Source: Vitrella brassicaformis CCMP3155 (taxonomy: Eukaryota > Protista > Chromerida). Taken from it: a stretch of DNA of 64,000 bases. Where the stretch lies: contig CDMY01000465.1 of assembly GCA_001179505.1 (NCBI GenBank), positions 1-64,000 of the forward strand, read 5' to 3'. The translations under genes and the position numbers were made by a program. Every line of letters starts with the position of its first letter. Position 1 is the first letter of the stretch. Shown piece after piece: positions 11,445-21,612 of this stretch. Under the pieces are notes generated by a model that was given only the letters and a program-made list of their open reading frames with translations, was not told the DNA's origin and did not search any database.

Positions 11445-12889
11445 GCGCGTCACGACAGCGCAGAGAGGAGTCACTCCCACGCATCGAGAGCAGGAGTCGT
11501 TTATGTGTAAATGCAGGAGTTCTACCTGCGTTGGTGGGGCCTGTCAAGGAAATCGAAGCACGCCCGCCGCCGTCTCGATTCTCACCCGAAGTGTCAAGGG
11601 AATCGTCGAGGTAAATCTCACCCGAAGCCGCCCAAGGACGAACACCGAACAGAGAGTGACGAATTCCTGTGAGTATGTTCTGTTACTCATCCACCCGGAG
11701 TGACGAACAAGGTACAGACACAGACACAGGCACTGCACTGCACTGCACTGCAGCAATCACGAACAGACCAACAGACACACTATGTATACACAATCCTTTC
11801 TCCCTCGCTGTTGTCTGTCAGATCGCCGCCTACATCTTATATCTGAAGACCCTTTCTTGCCCAGCAATGTCCATCGTTGGCCCCCCGCCGGCCAGGTGAG
11901 AGTGAGACATGATACTGATTCCATGAATGTCTCATCTGCTGGTCGGTGGTGTTTGCTCAGCTTCCTGTCCGGTGTCAACATCCTCCCGCAGCAGGTCAAT
12001 CAAATGGAGGCGAGGAGAACACAACAGAGAGCCATGTATGCATTCGTGTTGGTGCTCGAATGCTTCATTCAGTCAAAGGAGGGCCGGCTTTCGAAGACAA
12101 CGATGAAAGGGGAGGGAGGTCAGGAGGGAGGGAGGGAGGGAGGGAGGGAAACGCGCATGAGTGCAGTGCAAAGTGTGTGTGTGTGTGTGTGCAGGAGTCT
12201 GCGTGTGACGGCATCGCTAAACTCGCTCAGGGCAAGACGAATACACAGACACAAAAGACGGAAACGCACACGTGTGTGTGGCTGCTGTGGTCAGGTCGTT
12301 CAACTCGAAGTGCGTTGAGTGGAGTTGGAGAGAGACGGACAGACGGACAGACGGAAGTGAACTGACTAACTGACTACTCACTGACTGACTGAAAGACTTT
12401 CGAAGGAACTCTCGAGCGACGTGAATGAATGAACGAATGCACCAATCTTGCAGGCCTTGACACTCACCCGCTGACATTGGCACCACACGACCGACACACA
12501 AGTAGGCACGCCCCTTAGAAATCCGACATCCATCCATCCATCCATCCACACACGCTCACACCTCCCCCGAACACCTCGTACTCGTCTGCACATACACAAA
12601 GGAGACCGGCAGAATAATGTCTGTTCTGTGCACACTGACTGACCACAGCTCTTGATTGTTCATTTCCTCCCGCCGCCAGCCTGCCCATGTGACTGCCCAT
12701 GAGGCGCACCCAGGCCTACGACAGACACAGACATACACGTTGATGCAGGCACCCACACCACACACGTCGTTTCTGCCTGCGTTCCTTCGCCGGAGGCATC
12801 ATTCCGTTCTTGCATGGGCAGTGACGCGTGGGAACGAGTCTTGAGATATAAAATGTAGGCGGCGATCTACACACATACAGCGACGGAGA

Positions 12890-14011
12890 CTATATTGTGT
12901 CTCCGTATCTGTGAAGCGTGTCTCTTTCAATCAACTCACCACTGTTGAGATCCCATTTTCCGCCGGTGAGAGTGCGGATCAGCCGGATGGCGGCCCACGG
13001 GTCGACGGACGGCTCGCTGGTCGCCCTGTGCACCGTCATCAGCTCGTCGGGGCGCAGAAACACATGGCACTTTCCTTCGGCTACAAGAGGCACCACAGCA
13101 TACCACACCCATATGTATCAGCACACTCATACACACACGTGTGGCTGTGTCGTCCCCTCACAGCCATATGGGCTCTCTGTGCGTGTCTGTGAGAGGACGT
13201 ACCATCCTGGCAGGCTGACCCCCAGGCCGTCAGGTCAGCCCTCAGTGCCTCGAAGGACTGCGGCGTGCTGTAGTAGATCAGGCCATTCAGCACTCCCGTG
13301 TTGATCAGATTCACACAGAACGCACTCGTCGCCACGACAATACGCAGAGCGCCTGCACACACACACACGCACACGCACACAGAGGTGTGTGTACTTGGCT
13401 GCTGTGCATATGTGTTAAGAATTGCAGCGTCTCTCTCTCTCTCTCTCGCTCTCTCACCGCTTGCGAACTTGCTCTCGACGTTGGCAAGGTGATTCTTGCC
13501 GCGGCCGCCATGGTAGGCCTCCACGGCACCGAACGGACCTACACACGCGTAGACAGAGATGCACACCAATCACACACATGAGCGATTCATTGTCTTATGT
13601 GAGCCCCCCCCCCTCTCCCCTCCCCACCTCCCACCTACCGGCCTTTGTGAGTGCTTCCGTGAGTATGTCGGCATCCTGGCGGCGCCACGTAGAGATGAGA
13701 ATGGATTTCTTGTCCACCCACCGCTCCGACTTGAGGAGCTGCTTGAGCTCTCGGACGCGGTGTGCGTCCCGGCGGGCCTCACTGTAGGTGAAGTCGAAAA
13801 ACCGTCGATCGCCACCCTCACCCTCAGCGGCAGCAGGCCGCACGCCGTCGGCCTGCTGAGGAGCAGTTTGTCGATCGAATTCGTTTGTCATCCATGCAGG
13901 TGTGTACCTCCCCAATAAGTGCCCCACATCAACACATACCTCTGCTGCACAAACGTGACTCATCCTTGGTAGAGATCCTGTGGGTAGAACTCCTCTGCTG
14001 CAAACAGACAC
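12890..14011 (-). pseudogene. RecQ-like helicase C-terminal domain fragment, more complete copy
   Basis: KSILISTWRRQDADILTEALTKAG / PFGAVEAYHGG / GALRIVVATSAFCVNLIN / PQSFEAL / CHVFL correspond to RecQ motifs IV-VI in degenerate form. No Walker A or DEAH lobe is present. Confidence 0.65.
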
Positions 14012-14566
14012 ATGACATGAAAGAGTGACCGTATTCTTTTCGTTTCTCCAGCTGGTGCAGCATACTGGTCATTTCGATGCGAATCCTGGCATCTCTGCTC
14101 TGGCCTCCGTTGCCAAATACCTCAACGACCGTACGGTTGAGCTGATGCTCATGACTGAACGCGCATAAATGCGAACACGCAAACACAAAGCATAGACCTC
14201 AAATTTGTGAGTTTGTGTGAGCCCCGTCTCACTCCGAGAAGATGATTCGGCTCTCAAACTGAGTGGCAAAGAGCACCGCCAGCGCCTCGTCGAGGGCACT
14301 GGGCGTCCCTGTGGGGCACTGCCGCTGGGCCACACGCATGGCTGTGTTGATGGGGACGGCTGCGCTGCGGCTGGCTGTGTATGTGGTGGGAGCGGAGGCG
14401 CTTGAGGGACCTGCAGAGGGTGGCACCTCGTGCGTGGCGTCGAGGCTGCTCGAGAAGTCGAGGGCGAGCACGCCATCGCAGGACAGAGGGAGGCCGGATG
14501 ACGAGAGGGGCTGGGTGGGGGGCAGACGGCCCTCTTTGAGCTCCGCCCAGAAGAGGAAGATGTCCT
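13594..14566. repeat. Copy A of the kinase-like/RecQ-like unit, near-identical direct repeat of 14867-15836
   Basis: Both copies begin gtcttatgtgagcccccc and align to aagaggaagatgtcct, with a few substitutions and small indels. Confidence 0.9.
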
Positions 14567-14866
14567 NNNNNNNNNNNNNNNNNNNNNNNNNNNNNNNNNN
14601 NNNNNNNNNNNNNNNNNNNNNNNNNNNNNNNNNNNNNNNNNNNNNNNNNNNNNNNNNNNNNNNNNNNNNNNNNNNNNNNNNNNNNNNNNNNNNNNNNNNN
14701 NNNNNNNNNNNNNNNNNNNNNNNNNNNNNNNNNNNNNNNNNNNNNNNNNNNNNNNNNNNNNNNNNNNNNNNNNNNNNNNNNNNNNNNNNNNNNNNNNNNN
14801 NNNNNNNNNNNNNNNNNNNNNNNNNNNNNNNNNNNNNNNNNNNNNNNNNNNNNNNNNNNNNNNNNN
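14567..14866. other. Assembly gap (300 N)
   Basis: Run of N. Confidence 1.
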
Positions 14867-16615
14867 GTCTTATGTGAGCCCCCCCCCCTCTCCCCTCCCC
14901 ACCTCCCACCTACCGGCCTTTGTGAGTGCTTCCGTGAGTATGTCGGCATCCTGGCGGCGCCACGTAGAGATGAGAATGGATTTCTTGTCCACCCACCGCT
15001 CCGACTTGAGGAGCTGCTTGAGCTCTCGGACGCGGTGTGCGTCCCGGCGGGCCTCACTGTAGGTGAAGTCGAAAAACCGTCGATCGCCACCCTCACCCTC
15101 AGCGGCAGCAGGCCGCACGCCGTCGGCCTGCTGAGGAGCAGTTTGTCGATCGAATTCGTTTGTCATCCATGCAGGTGTGTACCTCCCCAATAAGTGCCCC
15201 ACATCAACACATACCTCTGCTGCACAAACGTGACTCATCCTTGGTAGAGATCCTGTGGGTAGAACTCCTCTGCTGCAAACAGACACATGACATGAAAGAG
15301 TGACCGTATTCTTTTCGTTTCTCCAGCTGGTGCAGCATACTGGTCATTTCGATACGAATCCTGGCATCTCTGCTCTGGCCTCCGTTGCCAAATACCTCAA
15401 CGACCGTACGGTTGAGCTGGTGCTCATGACTGAACGCGCATAAATGCGCAAACACAAAGCATAGACCTCAAATTTGTGACTTTGTGTGAGCCCCGTCTCA
15501 CTCCGAGAAGACGATTCGGCTCTCAAACTGAGTGGAAGGAGCACCGCCAGCGCCTCGTCGAGGGCACTGGGCGTCCCTGTGGGGCACTGCCGCTGGGCCA
15601 CACGCATGGCTGTGTTGATGGGGACGGCTGCGCTGCGGCTGGCTGTGTATGTGGTGGGAGCGGAGGCGCTTGAGGGACCTGCAGAGGGTGGCACCTCGTG
15701 CGTGGCGTCGAGGCTGCTCGAGAAGTCGAGGGCGAGCACGCCATCGCAGGACAGAGGGAGGCCGGATGACGAGAGGGGCTGGGTGGGGGGCAGACGGCCC
15801 TCTTTGAGCTCCGCCCAGAAGAGGAAGATGTCCTTGGTGAGGTTGTCAGGACACACGACGCCCATCGCCAGCAGGCACCTGTGGCAGTGGATAATCAGCG
15901 AGAGGCCCTTGACAGCTGATCCAGCATGCTGAAGGGGATCTCGTAGGGGTCGGGGGCTTGCGGGCGGTCTCGGCAATGCGGGCGATGTTGAAGATGTCGA
16001 TGAAGTCCGCCAAGTCGACGTAGTGATCGTTCGTGGCAACCCGAGTCGAGGAGGTCGGCACCACCTCCTCGGCCACGTACAGGCGATTCTCCACCAGCCT
16101 CTTCCTCTCTCCGGCGACTTCAAGCGTCAGGTGGAGTGTGGCGGAGTTGTCCTTGTCCGTCAGTGCGTCGATGAGGCGGACAAACGGTGCCCGCCGCGCC
16201 CCTCCCTCCAACGCACCCAAGTCCTCCCGGTCGACAGCTTTGTTGAGCTTATTCAGACGCGCCTTCTCGATAACAGCCGCCACGAAGCTCTCCTGCCTTG
16301 TCCGGTCGTTGGCCTTCCTCACTGCAGCAGTGTCACCGTCGGCATCGATATCTCCAGGGCACGGCCAGGTCTTAAAGGCCACCTCCTGCCCGTCCCTGAT
16401 GCCCTTGAACGCCCAAGCGAAGCTGCCCTTTCCATAAATGCGGATGGCTCTAAAGTTGTGAAATCGGGTGGGAAAAAAGTTTGCCCCCGTCTCTGTCCCC
16501 AATTCTCGAATTCTCGACGCACTCCCTTCTCCTCCCGGAAACAAACGCCGAGTCCAGAGGCTGAGGCTGTAGAGAAGTGAAGGCCAACAATTGCCCTGTG
16601 TGAAGCCGCGATGAT
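14867..16615 (-). pseudogene. Copy B: protein-kinase-like ORF (frameshifted) followed by the RecQ-like upstream exons
   Basis: YGKGSFAWAFKG (Gly loop), VAFK, QES (helix C), MGVVCPDNLTKDIF (degenerate HRD loop), LALDFS (DFG position). Frame changes near 15960 and 15915. Confidence 0.65.
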
Positions 16616-17370
16616 TTCACCATCCATTTTGAGTAGCTGTGCAGCCTAAGGTGATGTTCATGATGGATGGATGGATGGATGAACATGCATCCATCGCTCA
16701 GTGGTGACTTCTCCTTGACTACATCGTGCTTGAGTCCTCAACCGTGTCCACGCGCAAACATGCATTATAAAACCACGTGTGCCGGCCGGCATGCGAGAAG
16801 GAATGAGATACTTGTGAGATACACAGCCAGATAGATAAATAGATCCATTTATGCACACAAGGAGAGCAGAACGACACACCGACCGACAGAATGATGAATA
16901 AAGACGTGCTTTACCTACCCACCCAAACCCTCCAGACGCGAGGCGAAACGACGTGGCAAAGTCAGCAAAGAGCTAAGTGAAAGGCTTCTGGTGCGATGAG
17001 CGGCTGTGCTGCTGCATGCGACCCCATCAGGAATGGTCTTCTGCTTCGATCGGCCACAACCGAGACGAAAGACCATTGCCGACCAGGTGGCAACATCACA
17101 CAGTCGCACACGCGTAGACAGACCTGAAAACGACACCAATTACCAGCGAACACCATTATTCAGCCACCCAGCGCCTTTTCCTCTCTCTCTTAGACAAGAA
17201 ACCGGCAATACAGACAGACCCCCAACCCATTTGGGCAAACATCATGCAGACAGGGATGCTTCTGCCCTCTCCCTCCCTCCCTCCCTCTCTCCCTCTCTCA
17301 TCTACCGATCTACCGATCTACCAGAGCCCTCTGCACTACTGCCCATCTACCTTGCCGACTGGTCTAAGGC

Positions 17371-17981
17371 TCATTTCTTCGGGGCGCCCACGTAGCGGGG
17401 GTTCTCGTTGGGGCGCGTGTAGGTGCCTGATGGTGTGAGGAGGGGAGACCCAAACCTATGTAGCAGGGGTGAGCGTGTGGTTTGTTTGTTCCTTTGTTCC
17501 TTTGTCCTTCTGTCTGTCTGTCTGTCTGTCTCCCTGTCTGTGTGTCCAGTCAGCGTAAGTACCTCCAGTCTGGTTGCCCTGGGCGTCCTTGGTGCCGTGG
17601 TAGGTGGAGCCATTGGCGTTCTGGTAATAGTAGGAACGGTTCACACCTGCACACACACACACACGTGATGGCGACACGCTCTGTGTCTGGCCCCGCAATG
17701 TGCACTCACTGCCTACCCTGGCCATCGTAGTTGTCGTATCGGTACGAGCCGCCCTGCGCATTCCCGTCACCCCTGCTCGACACAGATGTGCACACACACG
17801 ACAGAAACACGCAAGGTCAACAGCGTGTGCCGGTGCCCTGCGCTTGCCTGTCCGTCCACCGATTGCCCTGCACACACGCATGCACATGGCGAAGTCAAGA
17901 TGGATGAAGAGAAGACGGATCTGGATGTGCGCGTGCCTGAGCGTTCCAGCCAGATGACTTGTACTGATCTTTGCCCGACAT
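17371..17981 (-). CDS. 86-aa G/Y/N/S-rich protein, 5 exons, two GC-AG introns
   Basis: Exons 17981-17937, 17867-17848, 17772-17717, 17646-17563 and 17426-17371 join in frame to MSGKDQYKSSGWNAQGNRWTDRGDGNAQGGSYRYDNYDGQGVNRSYYYQNANGSTYHGTKDAQGNQTGGTYTRPNENPRYVGAPKK*. From memory this resembles a family of small fungal hypothetical proteins (NSQGN...SYYY.N.NGSTY); not verified by search. Confidence 0.75.
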
Positions 17982-20153
17982 GCCGACGCAGAACGCAACG
18001 GGACACGAACGAATGCTCTCCCCAACCGCTTTTTCTGGTCTCCTGCTCCAAGCTCGCAATCAGACTCTTCCGGAGGCCATTGAGGCTGCGCGGGACGCAC
18101 CCAACAATCCGACACATGGACGAGGGTGAGGGTGAATGAGTGCATGATATGAATGACTCAATGGATGGATGAATGAATTCGTGTGCGGATGGATATCCGG
18201 ATGGTGAGCGGCTGGTACCATCGGACTTACACATCGATCGCATCTACCCATGCCTCCCACAGACGCGATTGTGAATGATCCCATTGATTGACACACAACA
18301 TTGTGTGTCTGCATAGACACCGGCAATCAGACAGACAGACGCACTCCATGCATATCATCCGGGTTCGTCTCGCTCTCACAAACCGCCATCATTGCGCGCA
18401 CACGTCACTCCCACCCAGCCACTTTGCCACAGACAGACAGACAGACAGACAGCCATGCAGTACGGTATGCACACACACACACACACTGCAGACGCACTCG
18501 ACTCCCCCGCCCCCTTGATTGAATCTGTCTGTCTGTCTGGCGTGGGTGCTTGGCTGCAGGCCACCCACACCGACAGACAGACACAGACAATATAGACGCA
18601 CGCACATGGAAACAGGGAGAGAGAGGGGCTTGGCTGGCTGTTTATCAGAGGGAGGGGCTTGGCTACTGTATGTGTGGGCAAGACAGACAGACAGACAGAC
18701 GAGCAGACGAGCAGACTGACTGACGAGGTGGTCGATGGGCTGGCTGTGGTGCCACACGAGGCGATGGATGGATGGATGGATGGACGCTTCCACCGGCGGC
18801 CAAAGAAAAGAAAACAGACGGGCACTTGACACATTCACTCTCTCTCCAAAAAGAAGACAGACGCGTCACCGAACAAAGCACCCGAGCCAAGCGACAAGGA
18901 AAGGAAAACATCACACCGTGGAGTGGACCCCCCGCACCCACACACCAAGGCAGTCGATAGAGTGACAAAGGGAAAGGGAAAGATATACATATCGACCGAC
19001 ACACTGACTTCCCTTGACTGACTGGCCCCAACGGATCGACGACCGACGGCAAACACACTGACTGACTGCACCCGTCCCCCCATCCATCCGACAAACAGAC
19101 CGACCGACAGACTGATCGATTAGCCTCATGGATTTTGTCCATCGCTGCCCCTCTCCTCAGCTCTTCAAGGAAGCGGCCAGAGGAAGGAAAAAGCAGCGTG
19201 TTTGTAATGGGCTGACTGGTTTACTAATTGCGAGGCGGTGTGGGGAGAAAACGAACAAACACCAACACGCATTGCCCCGCATGGCATTGCATTGCCCCCG
19301 CCCTGCCCTGCCCTGCCCGTCGATCCACCGCTACCCGTCAATCCCCCGCTATCTCCTGGAGAACGGCAAGGTCAGGGCAGCAGTGGACTGGCTGACTGAC
19401 TGGCTGGCTGACGGGCGAGGGAATGCGCTGACTGACTGCGGTGCGTATTCCATCCCACTCAAAAGAGACCGACCGACAAACGACGACAGCCATCCACCCA
19501 ACCACCCACCCACAAGAAAGGAAGAACAGGGGACATTCTCCGAAAGAAGACAGGCCGGCCATCCGTGGCGAAAAAAACGATAGGTCGACGACGACAAAAT
19601 AAAACCCGCGACAGCCACCACCCCACCCCACACTTGGCATCGCATCCATCTCATCTCCCACCCATATATCCCACCGACCAGCCGAGCTATTTGTCCGTCC
19701 GTCCGTCTGTCTGTCTGTCTGCCTCGCTCATCGTGTGGCCGTCTGAAAGGAAACGTGAGCCCATCCCCCCGCCATCCCATGCATGTCTCGATCCCTTCTC
19801 GTCTCGTCTTGTCTGTCCAGACCTGGCAAGGCCACCCCGCCCGCACAACAGTCATCCATCCATCCATCCGCACCGCCACACACACTAAAGGGCATCAAAG
19901 AAAGGCGTCCACTCCACGACAGACATAAACCACAGTGTGCACTCCAGACCGACAAAGGGCATCATCAGACGACAAATCGGTCAGTCAGCCAAACGTGCAT
20001 TGCTTTGCGGCACACCACACCCATGCAGCACACGACAGACAACAGACACCATAAATTGATGCAGACAGACGGTGTCATCCATCCATCCATCCCCCTGTGA
20101 GTGCCACGGCATGTGTGTGGTGCCGTTGATCCGTCCATCGTTCCTTCCCTCCC

Positions 20154-20453
20154 NNNNNNNNNNNNNNNNNNNNNNNNNNNNNNNNNNNNNNNNNNNNNNN
20201 NNNNNNNNNNNNNNNNNNNNNNNNNNNNNNNNNNNNNNNNNNNNNNNNNNNNNNNNNNNNNNNNNNNNNNNNNNNNNNNNNNNNNNNNNNNNNNNNNNNN
20301 NNNNNNNNNNNNNNNNNNNNNNNNNNNNNNNNNNNNNNNNNNNNNNNNNNNNNNNNNNNNNNNNNNNNNNNNNNNNNNNNNNNNNNNNNNNNNNNNNNNN
20401 NNNNNNNNNNNNNNNNNNNNNNNNNNNNNNNNNNNNNNNNNNNNNNNNNNNNN
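20154..20453. other. Assembly gap (300 N)
   Basis: Run of N. Confidence 1.
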
Positions 20454-21612
20454 GCCACACGCATGGCTGTGTTGATGGGGACGGCTGCGCTGCGGCTGGC
20501 TGTGTATGTGGTGGGAGCGGAGGCGCTTGAGGGACCTGCAGAGGGTGGCACCTCGTGCGTGGCGTCGAGGCTGCTCGAGAAGTCGAGGGCGAGCACGCCA
20601 TCGCAGGACAGAGGGAGGCCGGATGACGAGAGGGGCTGGGTGGGGGGCAGACGGCCCTCTTTGAGCTCCGCCCAGAAGAGGAAGATGTCCTTGGTGAGGT
20701 TGTCAGGACACACGACGCCCATCGCCAGCAGGCACCTGTGGCAGTGGATAGTCAGCGAGAGGCCCTTGACAGCTGATCCAGCATGCTGAAGGGGATCTCG
20801 TAGGGGTCGGGGATGCTGCGGGCGGTCTCGGCGATCGTGGCGATGTTGTAGATGTCGATGAAGTCCGCCACGTCGATGTAATGCCCGGGTGAGGAGATCG
20901 GCACCACCTCCTCGGCCACGTAGGGGCGCTTCTCCACCAGCCTCTTCCTCTCTCCGTCGACCTTCAGCGTCAGGTCGAGCTCTCTGGCGGGGTTGTTCTT
21001 GTTCGTCAATGCCTCGATAAAACGAACAAACGGCGCCCGCCCCTCCCGGCCTCCAGCGCACCAACTTGCCACCAAGGTCCTCCTGGTCGACAGCTTTGTT
21101 GAGCTTCCTCAGCCGGGCTTCCTCGATGACAGCCGCCACGAAACTCTCCTGCCTCGTCCGGTTGTTGGCCTCCCTCACTGCAGCAGTGTCACCGGCGGCA
21201 TCGATATCTCCAGGGCACGGCCAGGTCTTGAAGGCGACTTCCTGCCCATCCCTGACGCCCTTGAACGCCCAAGCAAAGCTGCCCTTGCCCAGCACGCCGG
21301 TCAGCTGGTACTGCTGCCCGCCGCGCAGGTGGATGCTACCGTCGACAAAAGTCTTCCTGACCGGATATGCCGATAAATGGCTGGCGGCGGTCCGCCGGCG
21401 GATGGCTCTTGCACGTCCGTCATCGTCAAGCGGCTGTAATGACAGGTTGTTGAAAAAAAGGTTGCCCCCGTCTGTCCCCAATTCTCGAATTCTCGACAGC
21501 TCGCTCCCTTCTTTCTCCCAAACAAACGCCGAGCCGCCCAGACAGAGGCTGAGGCTGTATCACAGAGAAGTGAAGGCCAACCAACAATTGCCCTGTGCGA
21601 GGCCGCGATGAT
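20454..21612 (-). pseudogene. Copy C: protein-kinase-like ORF (frameshifted), 3' part lost in the gap
   Basis: YQLTGVLGKGSFAWAFKGVRDGQEVAFK...MGVVCPDNLTKDIF...LALDFS. Frame changes near 21060 and 20770. 20454-20790 is near-identical to 15597-15930. Confidence 0.65.

Noticed and set aside
14229-15096. Long ORFs containing X runs (also 19981-21481)
   Set aside because: They are open only because they cross 300-N gaps.
13594-15836. Copies A and B as a pure assembly artefact (overlapping contig ends)
   Set aside because: The copies differ by several substitutions and indels, so they are not identical overlaps. An allelic or mis-scaffolding origin cannot be excluded without reads.
12788-21612. 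Autonomous transposon (transposase, reverse transcriptase or Helitron Rep-helicase)
   Set aside because: No DDE, RT or HUH motifs were found. The helicase piece is SF2/RecQ-like rather than PIF1-like, and no TSD or TIR was identified.
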